Source of the DNA: a bacterium | GTDB lineage: Bacteria; UBP14; UBA6098 | Direction: 5' to 3' | Assembly: GCA_023145965.1 (NCBI GenBank) | Contig: JAGLDC010000035.1 | Location: forward strand, 14,462-78,461 | DNA: 64,000 nucleotides | Shown: one piece after another, positions 10,607-20,402 of the stretch | Numbering within the stretch: the stretch's first letter is position 1 | How the letters are laid out: each line of letters starts with the position of its first letter | Program-made: the position numbers and the translations under genes | The notes under the pieces: model-generated | Told to the model about the DNA's origin: nothing | Seen by the model: only the letters and a program-made list of their open reading frames with translations | Databases searched by the model: none

Positions 10607-12895
10607 ATGGAAAGTGCAGTGAGGGAAAATACCATAAATAGGAGTAAGTCTATTATACTGTCATGGATAGCAATAATAGGATATTTCTTCATGTTTTTCT
10701 TCATCTCTGGGGTAATGGTAGTCTTTTTCAATTATAGTATCCAAAGGCGCGATTTTGCAAAAGGTCATAATGACCTTTTTGAAGAAAACACAGCGCGATT
10801 TTTCCAGAGAGAAGGCCTTTTGCAAGATATCGATAATATTATCGATAACGAAACTCTCAACAAAAACCTCGATATTGATGAAAATTATAAGTCTTTCGCC
10901 CTTTTTGAATGGAATAAAGACTGGGAACCTATCTTGGTTACCTCCCCTGCTTTGTCTGTTGTAGAATTTACCCCAACTCAAATTAATAAAGACTTTTACA
11001 GATACTATGGATCACTGTTTTGGAAAGACAACATAGATGCAATATTAACTAAAACACCTTTCCTTTATTCTGCGGTATGGAAAAAAGGTAGGCTTTTCCT
11101 TTTGGCAGTCGAACTACAACATTCTTGGCTCTACACTCATTTAATTTTCCCACGCCACGCAATTTCTTTGGGATTACTCGGGGTAATACCAAACAGCCTG
11201 TTTTTCGCATTCCTTTGCGCCTTCACCTTAAATCTTTTTGGACGGTTTTATCATTCTAAGCTTATGGAAACAATACAAGGCGGGAAATATCGAATGCCGA
11301 TTCCTGTCTTCCCTGGGTTCATTAAGTTGGTGGAATATGCTCTCTCCAACGCAACCGAAATCGAGCAACAGCGCCGGGAAAAACGCGTTGCGCTGATGGA
11401 AAAATATAACGAATTCGAAAAAGAAAGAGGAGATTTCGCCCTTATTAATGAAGTTTTCAGGGTAGCAGCTTTTGCTCCTGATCTGAAATCTTCGGTTAAT
11501 GCGGCACTCCAAGAGATAATCCGAAGACTGGGAGTGCGTTGCGGTTTCATCTTCACTTTAGATGCTACAGAACAACCCTTTTTTATTGGCGAATACAATC
11601 TTCCAGCCGATATTGCCCACGCCCTTCTGAAAGGAGAAAGCCTCCCAACGGCAACATTCTCGATTCAAGAAAAAAACAACGGCTATGCAATGCTACCCTT
11701 GAAGGCCTTGCCCGGAATAGAGATATCGCCAATACGTTCCCTTGCCGAAGAAGGCCTCACACACGCAATAATAATCCCACTTTACTATCGCGACAAAATA
11801 TGGGGTGGAATGCACCTCTATTCCCCGGGAAGACCAAGGATTCCAGATAGAGATAAAACCGTTCTTCTTACAATTTCAAATACCTTAGTTGTCATCTTGG
11901 AGAATAAGAGACTCCTCGGTGATCTTGACGAAAGAATCAAAGAGAACGTCCATTATTACGAACTCAGTAAAATGCTTATTTCCACATCGGAGTTCGACAT
12001 TTTACTTGAAAATATCCTCTGGATAATTCATGAGTCTATAGATATTGACCACTGTAGCATTATGCTAGCTGACGATGAGGGCGAAATTCTCTCTGTGAAG
12101 GCCGTGTGGGGTTACCCAAATGGTCACAAAAATCCAAGAGTCTCCTTCGGTTCAGGTGTTGTTGGATGGGTGGCCCAAAATGGACAATCTGCTCTGCTTC
12201 ACGATGTTTCCCTTGATACGAGATATATTGAAAACACTGAGGATGCCCGGTCTGAATTGACAGTGCCCCTTCTGGCTGACGGCAAAGTAATCGGTGTCAT
12301 CGACTGTGAATCTAACATCGAATATACATTCAACGAAGCCGACCTACGTTTTCTTACTCAACTCTCAGGGCCGGTAGGACTTGCTATTCAAAGGACTTTG
12401 GTTCAGACTGCTCTGGCAAAGCAATACATTATCGATTCCATTTCACAAACCTACAATAGAAATTACTTCGATGAATATATTTCAAAACACGGAAAAGAGA
12501 CTCTGCTGAGACACGGAAGGGTTTCGATAGCCATTGTCGGCGTTTCGAATCTGAAAGAAATCGAAAAAGAATACGGACAACCTGCATCCAATTTGATAAT
12601 AAAACAAACAGCCAATATGCTGGAGGAGCTTTTTCCAGAGGCAGTGATAGCTCGATATACTGATTCTGAGTTTTATATTCTTCTTCCCGGTTTAGGAGAG
12701 GAAGCTATGGAAAAACTCATCGATTCTATAAGAAAGCGTTCTCTTAAATGGTCACGCGAACACGCCGATACCCGTCCGCTTTCATTCACAGCCGGGTATG
12801 CCACTGCCACACGTTTTGACGAACTGGAGAGTCTTATCCAGAGAACAGACAAAGAAAGCGCTTGGATCAAAGATAAAAAACACCATGAAAACTAA
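10607..12895 (+). CDS. Membrane-anchored signalling protein: 2 TM + periplasmic region + two GAF domains + degenerate GGDEF domain
   Basis: Two hydrophobic helices flank an extracytoplasmic region of about 130 aa. Two GAF-like domains (VVGWVAQNGQSALLHDV...LTVPLLADGKVIGVIDCES). The C-terminal GGDEF-like fold has RYTDSEF in place of RYGGDEF and VGVS in place of the DID metal site, so it is probably catalytically inactive. Confidence 0.65.
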   Translation: MESAVRENTINRSKSIILSWIAIIGYFFMFFFISGVMVVFFNYSIQRRDFAKGHNDLFEENTARFFQREGLLQDIDNIIDNETLNKNLDIDENYKSFALFEWNKDWEPILVTSPALSVVEFTPTQINKDFYRYYGSLFWKDNIDAILTKTPFLYSAVWKKGRLFLLAVELQHSWLYTHLIFPRHAISLGLLGVIPNSLFFAFLCAFTLNLFGRFYHSKLMETIQGGKYRMPIPVFPGFIKLVEYALSNATEIEQQRREKRVALMEKYNEFEKERGDFALINEVFRVAAFAPDLKSSVNAALQEIIRRLGVRCGFIFTLDATEQPFFIGEYNLPADIAHALLKGESLPTATFSIQEKNNGYAMLPLKALPGIEISPIRSLAEEGLTHAIIIPLYYRDKIWGGMHLYSPGRPRIPDRDKTVLLTISNTLVVILENKRLLGDLDERIKENVHYYELSKMLISTSEFDILLENILWIIHESIDIDHCSIMLADDEGEILSVKAVWGYPNGHKNPRVSFGSGVVGWVAQNGQSALLHDVSLDTRYIENTEDARSELTVPLLADGKVIGVIDCESNIEYTFNEADLRFLTQLSGPVGLAIQRTLVQTALAKQYIIDSISQTYNRNYFDEYISKHGKETLLRHGRVSIAIVGVSNLKEIEKEYGQPASNLIIKQTANMLEELFPEAVIARYTDSEFYILLPGLGEEAMEKLIDSIRKRSLKWSREHADTRPLSFTAGYATATRFDELESLIQRTDKESAWIKDKKHHEN

Positions 12896-13907
12896 AATAC
12901 ACAGCTTTAATTTTTCCCTCCTTATTGCATTAATAATTTTCCTGGGCTACCTTGGAGGGTGTGCGCATATACAAGTCGAAAGCCCCGCTGCTGGTTTCGT
13001 TCGCGAAGGCACCAGTTTATTTAACGCGGATAAAATCGATGAATCGGCTATCCTTTTTCGTAAAGCCTATGCCGCCGATCCATTTTTTGCTCCAGCCTAT
13101 AAAATGCTCGGAAGAGTCTATCTTGCTAAAGGCGATAACTACCGCGCTGAAATGTTCTTTCGAAAATCGCTTGCTCTGGATAGCTCGAACTCCGAAATAT
13201 ATGGCTGGATAGGCGATATTTATTGGGCAGATGGTGATACTGCAGGTGCTTTTGAATACTACCAGAAATGTCCAAAAGAAGACCCTCATTATGCGATCTT
13301 GCACTATAGGCTAGGTGTGAGAGAATATCAGAATGGACATATCGATAAGGCTAGAAACGAGTTTGAAAAAGCTCTAGAATATCCAGAGTTTTGGGGCGGG
13401 CATTTCGGTCTTGGACTTATCTCATTCTCCAATGGCGAATACCAGAATGCAGCAACATATTTCCATGAGGCGGAAAGATCTTGTGCTGAGCCAGAGGTCT
13501 CCTTTTGGCTTGCCAAATCTTATAGGATGCAAGCACGCGATGCCGAAGCGTATTTTTATTTTAAACAGTTTACAAATTCCATTCAGGGCGAATGCTTGCT
13601 TTGCCCCGAGGCCGAGGAATCTGCAAAACAATTGAAGAGCGCTGTAGTTGATTCATCCCTTGAAATAGACACATCTCTTGTTATACCCTTTACAGTCCTC
13701 GAACACGATGTTCTCGAGGTCGGGATCTTCGATCTTGAGGGACGTCTTGTTAAATCTCTTTTTAATGGTTGGATAACAAAAGGAGATTATACTTTGGAGT
13801 GGAACGGCGAAAACTCAAATGGAGAGCTCATGGACAACGGTGTTTATCTTGGATGTGTTGAGCGCAAATTTGATCTCGAACTTAAACCTATTCTTCTCGA
13901 AAAATAA
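12885..13907 (+). CDS. TPR-repeat lipoprotein with a C-terminal Ig-like (FlgD/T9SS-like) beta-sandwich domain
   Basis: Start at internal ATG 12885 (MKTKIHSF...LGYLGGCAH lipobox). The original call overlaps the upstream stop. TPR-like repeats (AYKMLGRVYLAKGDNYRAEMFFRKSLALD). C-terminal GIFDLEGRLVKSLF...GVYLG. Confidence 0.55.
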   Translation: MKTKIHSFNFSLLIALIIFLGYLGGCAHIQVESPAAGFVREGTSLFNADKIDESAILFRKAYAADPFFAPAYKMLGRVYLAKGDNYRAEMFFRKSLALDSSNSEIYGWIGDIYWADGDTAGAFEYYQKCPKEDPHYAILHYRLGVREYQNGHIDKARNEFEKALEYPEFWGGHFGLGLISFSNGEYQNAATYFHEAERSCAEPEVSFWLAKSYRMQARDAEAYFYFKQFTNSIQGECLLCPEAEESAKQLKSAVVDSSLEIDTSLVIPFTVLEHDVLEVGIFDLEGRLVKSLFNGWITKGDYTLEWNGENSNGELMDNGVYLGCVERKFDLELKPILLEK

Positions 13908-13909
13908 AA

Positions 13910-16900
13910 GTGGAACGTTTCATTGATAAAAACCTTTTTAGAAGCGCAATTGCGCTTCTTTTTTTCCTGATAGGTTCAGTTTGCGCACTCGACTCTTATT
14001 ATTTGTCATTCGATCCTATCGACTTAGCCACGCTCAGAAAATATGAAAATCTATCTTTCGAAGAGAGAAAACATATAACAGTAGGTATTCTTCGAGCATA
14101 CTCGGAAAAAGCCCAAGCAGAAGCTCTCATTCTGTTAGATGAATTAACACGCAATGGTGAAATCTCCGATGTCCGTCCCCTTTGGATATGCAACTGCATT
14201 CGTTTTTCGGCTACAACATCAGCAATCGATCAAATCGAATCATCACAACTGGATGCTCGTCTTGTTAAGAGTATTCCAAAAGAAGCAATGCTGTTTAATC
14301 CCGCAAAAACCTCAGAATATGAGGCTTCGGTGGATAGCATAGCATGGGGATTGGAGCAAGTTGGGGTGCCAACCATATGGCGCAGTTTTGGGCTGGACGG
14401 AAAAGGCACACTCGTAGCAATTCTCGACAGTGGAACTGACTTCGGCAACCCAAACCTTATAGGCTCTTTTTGGGAAAACACCAGCGAGATACCTTTAAAC
14501 AACATCGATGACGATAGTAACGGTTACATAGATGACTGGCGCGGTTACGATTGGACAGAAGACGATCCATGGCCTTACGATGAGCGCGGCCATGGCACCC
14601 ATGTTTCAGGGATTGTTGCGGGACGAGGTATTATGGGCATGGCCACAGGAATGGCTCCGGCATGCAAGATAATGCCTCTTAAAGTGCTAAACTATTCCGG
14701 AACTGGAGAGGAAGCAGATGTTTGGGAGGCTATCCAATACGCTATTGAGAATGGTGCTCGAGTTATGAATCTCTCTATCGGTTGGCGCTACAGCAGCTCA
14801 CCAGACAGGTCGGCCTGGCGTGCTGCTGTCGAATCCGCATGTGAAATCGGCGTGGTAATGTGCATTGCAGGGGGCAATGAAGGCGGAACTGATGGCGCTC
14901 CGAATAACCTTCGCACACCCGGAGATGTCCCTCGAGCTCTCACTGTTGGGGCCACGGACATACTCGATGAACGCGCGAGTTTTAGTTCCCTCGGACCGGT
15001 TGCGTGGGGAGAAGTTGCTCCGTATTTCGATCATCCATACCCTCCGGGTCTCATTAAACCGGATATTGTAGCGCCGGGGGATTCGGTTCCAAGCTCAACT
15101 TTAGGCGGCGGTGTCGAATATTGGGATGGCACCAGCATGGCCTGTCCTCATCTAGCTGGCGCATCTGCTATTATTCTCCAGCTATGCCCCGACATCTCGC
15201 ACGATTCTGTTAAAGCACTTATTGAAACCTCGGCGTTTGACCTCGGTCCAACCGGCAAGGATAGTATTTACGGTTCTGGAAGACTCGACCTTATTAACCT
15301 ATTTAACCGGCTTGATAATATCGGCTGGCTGCGCGGCAATACCGAACCTTTGGCGCAGATATGCTCGACCCCTTCCCAAGCCAAAATCCAAGCCGATAGT
15401 CTTGGCCATTTCTTCATTGCGATGAAAGAGGGAACTTATACAATCACAGCCGATAAATTTGGATTTTCATCTACGACATCCCTCGTGAGTGTAGTCGCTG
15501 GAGACACTTCCTTCATCAATTTACCAATTTCCCCCGGAATTCCTAACAACCTTCAATTTGTAGTCAGGGATTTCGACAATGGTGCTCCAATAGGCGATGC
15601 CATCTTGACTTTCCCGCTGTGGCCATTAGATAGTTTTTACACCCTTTCCGACGGCAGAATTGCAATAAGCATCTCAGAATCGGACACTACAACCGTGCAA
15701 ATAAACAAATCTGGTTGGACAACCTATGAATTCACAGCTAACGAAATCTACCCAGATACTATGCTTCACACAATTTATTTACAACGCGCCCTTGACTTTG
15801 AATTGGATTCCGGTCTAACACATTGGGGCATAAGTGATTCCATATATAGCGACGATTGGGAGTGGGGAACACCTTCGACAGGGCCATCTCCTCGAAGCGG
15901 CGATAGACTTTGGGCTACACGATTGGACACCACCTATTCAAATTCAAGCGACAGTTGGCTTAGTCTTGGACAAGTTGATCTTTCTTCGGATGCGGAAGCT
16001 CCTCGCCTTGAATTTTTCCAATGGTTCGAGCTGGAGGCCAGCTCGCGTGCTTGCTGGGATGGAGGAAACATCAAGGCTCGAATTCCTGACAGTGAATGGA
16101 ATATTATCGAACCTCAGGGTGGGTATCCTATCTTCATCGATGACTATAATCCCATCACAGGTGGACAACCCGGATTTTCAGGTGAGTTCAGTGGCGCACA
16201 TTGGCACAGGGTTGTTTTTTCGCTCGATGCCTTCATTGGTGACACAGTCGAACTAGCAGCACACATGGGTTCCGATAACAATACAGTTTATTCTGGATGG
16301 TTTATCGACGATGTAGCGATTCTTCCAAAAACACTTCGAGAACCCATATTTCGAAGTGTTTCCACTGAATTTACAGCAGGTGAGGTTGTAATTTCAGGGA
16401 CATTATTCGCTGTAAACTCGGAAATTGTCGAGGACTCTCTCCTGGCACATTTTGGGGGCGCAGCCTCTGGAACAGCATCCATGATTTCGATTGGTGAGTA
16501 TTTCGAATGCTCAATAGAAGGTCCTTTTTCGAGTGAAAGCCTATTTATATGGCTTTCGGTAGTCGATAGCGAAGCCCGAAAAGCTATTTATCCACATAGC
16601 GCCCCAGATTCGATGATAACGGTCTTGATCGATTTTTCTGAAGATACAACCTCACCTATTATCGAACGATGGGCATACTGGCCTAATCGAATAATTGGAT
16701 TGGATTCCACCGTTTTCGTATTTATAATCGAGGACAGCTCGCCGACAACCTCAATATTTACCTTCGAGCAAGACTCCATAATCGACAGTATAATTATCCC
16801 CGGCTCTTTTTATGACACATTATTGATTACCATTCCGCTTACTTCGTCGAGTGCCCTCGAATGGCATATTACCTCCAGAGATAGCTTTGGTAATATCGCA

Positions 16901-17650
16901 TCAGATTCTTCGACTGTTACTTTTGCGACTGAAGTCTCTTTAGATTTTCATACAACATCCTCGCCCTTCGAAATATCCGACAGCACAAATTGGCGGTGGC
17001 TCCCCGATAGTGGATGGCTTTTTTCAAGCGAAGGCCCAATTCTAGAATTTCTCGATCTTCCACTTCTCGAGTGCCCTGGAACCTTAGCCATCGAGATAAT
17101 TGGTGAATACCATTTTGATGGCAACAGCGCGGGTGCGCTTATCTTCAAGGGTTTTCCGGGCGATAGTTTTGCATCTTTACCAGATACCATTCCTTCCGGA
17201 AATCCTTTCTTTCCTGGACTGCCCGGTGTTATCGGCACAGGGAATATTGTATCGACTATACTTCCATCAGTTTCTGGTGGAATCTTCACTTTTCAACTTG
17301 CCGCTGCCATTCCTGATAGCGATTTCGCATATTGGCTTATAGACTCCATCTGTTTCTTAACCGAATCGAAGATTACGCAAGCTTTAACACCAAAGGATTT
17401 ATCGATTTCTGTTTTTCCAAATCCCTTTAACGATGCATGTAAAATATGTATCGATAACCTCGATAAACCATCGGTGATAGATATTTTCGACATCTGCGGA
17501 AGACGTGTTTATTCACGAAATCTTACCTCCGAAACCTCATCTTTCGTCTGGGATGGCTGTTCTACAACTCGAAAGTGCCTGCCCTCCGGAGTTTATTTGA
17601 TTAAGTTGGCCGACTCGATTGAGATTGCTAAGATCACTTTACTTCATTAA
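13910..17650 (+). CDS. Large secreted subtilisin-like S8 serine peptidase (1246 aa) with a type-A T9SS sorting domain
   Basis: GTG start. Catalytic triad motifs AILDSGTD, HGTHVSGIVAG and GTSMACPHLAG. The C-terminal sorting domain (FPNPFNDACKICI...GVYLIKLA...ITLLH). Confidence 0.8.
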   Translation: MERFIDKNLFRSAIALLFFLIGSVCALDSYYLSFDPIDLATLRKYENLSFEERKHITVGILRAYSEKAQAEALILLDELTRNGEISDVRPLWICNCIRFSATTSAIDQIESSQLDARLVKSIPKEAMLFNPAKTSEYEASVDSIAWGLEQVGVPTIWRSFGLDGKGTLVAILDSGTDFGNPNLIGSFWENTSEIPLNNIDDDSNGYIDDWRGYDWTEDDPWPYDERGHGTHVSGIVAGRGIMGMATGMAPACKIMPLKVLNYSGTGEEADVWEAIQYAIENGARVMNLSIGWRYSSSPDRSAWRAAVESACEIGVVMCIAGGNEGGTDGAPNNLRTPGDVPRALTVGATDILDERASFSSLGPVAWGEVAPYFDHPYPPGLIKPDIVAPGDSVPSSTLGGGVEYWDGTSMACPHLAGASAIILQLCPDISHDSVKALIETSAFDLGPTGKDSIYGSGRLDLINLFNRLDNIGWLRGNTEPLAQICSTPSQAKIQADSLGHFFIAMKEGTYTITADKFGFSSTTSLVSVVAGDTSFINLPISPGIPNNLQFVVRDFDNGAPIGDAILTFPLWPLDSFYTLSDGRIAISISESDTTTVQINKSGWTTYEFTANEIYPDTMLHTIYLQRALDFELDSGLTHWGISDSIYSDDWEWGTPSTGPSPRSGDRLWATRLDTTYSNSSDSWLSLGQVDLSSDAEAPRLEFFQWFELEASSRACWDGGNIKARIPDSEWNIIEPQGGYPIFIDDYNPITGGQPGFSGEFSGAHWHRVVFSLDAFIGDTVELAAHMGSDNNTVYSGWFIDDVAILPKTLREPIFRSVSTEFTAGEVVISGTLFAVNSEIVEDSLLAHFGGAASGTASMISIGEYFECSIEGPFSSESLFIWLSVVDSEARKAIYPHSAPDSMITVLIDFSEDTTSPIIERWAYWPNRIIGLDSTVFVFIIEDSSPTTSIFTFEQDSIIDSIIIPGSFYDTLLITIPLTSSSALEWHITSRDSFGNIASDSSTVTFATEVSLDFHTTSSPFEISDSTNWRWLPDSGWLFSSEGPILEFLDLPLLECPGTLAIEIIGEYHFDGNSAGALIFKGFPGDSFASLPDTIPSGNPFFPGLPGVIGTGNIVSTILPSVSGGIFTFQLAAAIPDSDFAYWLIDSICFLTESKITQALTPKDLSISVFPNPFNDACKICIDNLDKPSVIDIFDICGRRVYSRNLTSETSSFVWDGCSTTRKCLPSGVYLIKLADSIEIAKITLLH

Positions 17651-17835
17651 TAAAATCTTTCTATTAGAATGACTTTTCTTACTTAGCAGGGAGATCGCCA
17701 ATTTTGCTTTTTCATACCGGGCCTTTCATTCCATAATTTCACAAATCCGAAAAGCTTCACTTAATCTTTTCTACAGTTTCCTTAATTTCCTTAAATAACG
17801 ACCTACCTATAAAAATGGGATAGGAAGCGAGGTGC

Positions 17836-17862
17836 TTCAGCGCACAATTTTTGTGCGCTGAA
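17836..17862. promoter_or_regulatory. Perfect 12-bp-arm palindrome TTCAGCGCACAA-TTT-TTGTGCGCTGAA (operator-like), with a third TGTGCGC half-site at 17871-17877
   Basis: The inverted repeat was read directly. There is no U-run on either strand, so it is unlikely to be an intrinsic terminator. It lies about 120 bp upstream of the FN3-lipoprotein operon. Confidence 0.35.
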
Positions 17863-17983
17863 ATAAAATATGTGCGCCAATATATATTATAAAATACCAT
17901 ACTATATTGATTAGCAATACCTTACAGTTTGGCACGGCCAATGCGTTAATTCTTTGTGTAACAGAAATAAAACGGAGGTAAAT

Positions 17984-18862
17984 ATGGATTCTACACTAAA
18001 GATATTCGGCTTTTTAATCTGGATGACATCATTGATGTTGTTTTCTGGAGGTTGCGATACTTATATAGTGAATAATGATCCCTACTATCGCGACTGCGAC
18101 GGTTGTTGGTGCGATAATACACCTCCCCAAATTCCTTATAGTGTCCATTCTATCACTGGAGATAATAGCGTATATCTCTACTGGAATCCAATAACTAGCT
18201 GGGATATGGCGGGTTATGCTATTTATCGCGGTTCTTCACCAACCGGTTATTACGATTATATTGGAACGAGCTATTGCGCGAGCTTCACGGATATCTCGGT
18301 GCTAAACGGAGAAACATATTATTATGCTATAGCCAGCTATGATAACTGTGGAAACGAGAGCGAGCTTTCCACCGATTTGATTTATGATACACCTCGCCCG
18401 GAAGGTCATTCCTGGTATTTGTGGGCATCGGAAAGTTATTATTATGACGGTGGATACGATTTTTCGGAAGGCAACATCATTGAATGGGACCATCCGACTT
18501 GCGATGTCTTTTTTGGCCACGATTCCCTGGGCTATTACCTTTGTGCCGCGAACGATTATACTGATATTTTAGACTATGGCCCCGCTTCTAGTCTTTCTGA
18601 TGTCGATATAGCGCCGGAAACCGGATGGAGCTCAATCGCAGACCTAACCGCAGTCGAAGGGCATATTTATGTGCTTTGGACCGCAGATAACCACTTTGCA
18701 GCACTTCTAATTCGAGACATTTCTGGTGAATGCATGACCTTCGATTGGTCATATCAAATTGATACCGGTAATCCCGAACTACGACCATCGAGAAGCGTAG
18801 TCGAAAGAAGAAAAAACCGTCAAATCAAAAGAGGTCTTCGTTTAACCTTGGAAGGAGAATAA
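17984..18862 (+). CDS. Lipoprotein with a fibronectin type III-like domain
   Basis: Start at ATG 17984 with GGAGG 5 nt upstream. Lipobox LFSGGC. FN3-like segment (VYLYWNPI...YAIYRGSSPTGYYDYIGTS...ETYYYAIASYDNCGNES). Confidence 0.5.
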   Translation: MDSTLKIFGFLIWMTSLMLFSGGCDTYIVNNDPYYRDCDGCWCDNTPPQIPYSVHSITGDNSVYLYWNPITSWDMAGYAIYRGSSPTGYYDYIGTSYCASFTDISVLNGETYYYAIASYDNCGNESELSTDLIYDTPRPEGHSWYLWASESYYYDGGYDFSEGNIIEWDHPTCDVFFGHDSLGYYLCAANDYTDILDYGPASSLSDVDIAPETGWSSIADLTAVEGHIYVLWTADNHFAALLIRDISGECMTFDWSYQIDTGNPELRPSRSVVERRKNRQIKRGLRLTLEGE

Positions 18863-18863
18863 A

Positions 18864-19838
18864 ATGAAAAAACTACTTTTAATCGTCATTGCTTCGACAG
18901 CTCTTTTAATGATGCTTCCAGAAACTGCCTCCGCCAGATGGCACTTTGGATTCGGCGCTTATTATGAAGATTGCGATTGCTACTGGGGAGAACCCGATCC
19001 GTGGGATGCTTGGTGGGAATGCCCCTGCTATTGGGATATTTGGGAATGGTGCAGCTGGCATCCCTATTGGATGTGGCCGCGTTGGTGCCGTCGCTGGGTG
19101 GAGGCTTATTATAGCCCTTGTGGTAGATATTACTATGTCTATTACGATTACTTTGTTCCGCGCAGCACCAGGATATATGTCGATGGGCGCTACCGCTATC
19201 GCTACGATGTGCCACTTGGATCATCTTATAATACTACAGAGAGAATACCCCGCAGAAGCGGCCTCGAACGCCCAAGTGGATCACCTCCAAGACCCGAAAC
19301 AGTCACCAGAACTCTGGAGAACCTCGGCCCAGAATATAGGATAAAAACTGTCGCATCTCACGCAACACAACCTACACAAAGCTTGAGAAATTCCGGTTCC
19401 AGTGTAACACCTATTTCGCCTTCGCGCGAAAGACCTATTACTACAGAATCGATTCTCCCAAAAAGCACAACCGCGCCGTATATCGAGGAAAGCCCTAAAA
19501 AAGCTGTTACACTTAAGACCGTTCCGACTTCGATTTCGAGTTCGGTTAGGAACCTTTCAGATGGTTCGTTAACAATAACAAATTCCAAGATTGATAAACC
19601 TCGCGAAAAAGATATTTCAACCGAGGATGTTATTGATATACCGGTGAAGACAACCGTTAAATCGGACAATACAGACAAAAAGTCCTATCGCGCTAAAAAA
19701 GACGTGATTGAAAAATCATCAAAACAAAAAAACATTAAGGGTATATCTTCGACATCTGAGAGTTCATCGAGTTCCAGCCCCAGAGCTGAGAAAAGTTCTC
19801 CTTCGAGAAGCTCTTCTAAATCGATTAGAACCAAGTGA
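18864..19838 (+). CDS. Secreted protein with an extremely Trp/Cys/Tyr-rich N-terminal domain and a long Ser/Thr/Pro/Lys-rich disordered tail
   Basis: Signal peptide. The 70-residue region GFGAYYEDCDCYWGEPDPWDAWWECPCYWDIWEWCSWHPYWMWPRWCRRW has about 14 Trp and 8 Cys. RBS GGAGAA. 1-bp spacing from the upstream gene. Confidence 0.5.
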   Translation: MKKLLLIVIASTALLMMLPETASARWHFGFGAYYEDCDCYWGEPDPWDAWWECPCYWDIWEWCSWHPYWMWPRWCRRWVEAYYSPCGRYYYVYYDYFVPRSTRIYVDGRYRYRYDVPLGSSYNTTERIPRRSGLERPSGSPPRPETVTRTLENLGPEYRIKTVASHATQPTQSLRNSGSSVTPISPSRERPITTESILPKSTTAPYIEESPKKAVTLKTVPTSISSSVRNLSDGSLTITNSKIDKPREKDISTEDVIDIPVKTTVKSDNTDKKSYRAKKDVIEKSSKQKNIKGISSTSESSSSSSPRAEKSSPSRSSSKSIRTK

Positions 19839-19871
19839 TTCTTGACAACTCATAGTTCGTCGAATATATTT

Positions 19872-20351
19872 ATGAAAATGAAAAAAATATGTGAAATATT
19901 AATTCTGACTTTAGTCGCTGTGGCTGCCTTCGCCCAGAAACCAGATTCATCGGACTCTATTAGTAAAAAGGCTGCGGTAGTTCGAGATCAGTCAACAGGC
20001 GCAATAACTGTCGGTGAACCAGAAACAAGCCTCAGAAGTGCTCCTTCTTCTGCCAAAAACTCCACCAAGGATTCAGATTTCGATCTCGGTGGATTTCTTA
20101 AGGAACTTTTCGAGGCAGGGGAATCGACGCCAAAAAAAAGCCAACGGAGCTATGATTGTTCGAGCGACGAGGCCGAAACAAGAACCGCTCCAGCGCCTTC
20201 GGCAAAATCTCGAATATCCTCCGAGAGTTCCTCTGCCATTCCTACATCGAAGGGCAAAAGCTACGATACTTTCGAGGACAATAACAATAATGGAATCGAT
20301 GATCGTCTCGAGGGTGTAAAAACAATCAAAGCGAGTCGGAGTAAGAATTAA
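19872..20351 (+). CDS. Small secreted low-complexity (Ser/Asp/Lys-rich) protein
   Basis: Signal peptide MKMKKICEILILTLVAVAAFAQ. The start is chosen at the internal ATG. No recognisable domain. Last gene before the terminator. Confidence 0.4.
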   Translation: MKMKKICEILILTLVAVAAFAQKPDSSDSISKKAAVVRDQSTGAITVGEPETSLRSAPSSAKNSTKDSDFDLGGFLKELFEAGESTPKKSQRSYDCSSDEAETRTAPAPSAKSRISSESSSAIPTSKGKSYDTFEDNNNNGIDDRLEGVKTIKASRSKN

Positions 20352-20368
20352 TCTGGTTAGGCAAAATA

Positions 20369-20398
20369 AACCCCGCTCAATTAGGCGGGGTCTTTTTC
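20369..20398 (+). terminator. Rho-independent terminator (CCCCGC-loop-GCGGGG followed by TCTTTTTCT)
   Basis: Stem 20371-20376 / 20385-20390, followed by a T-run. Confidence 0.7.
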
Positions 20399-20402
20399 TA
20401 TT

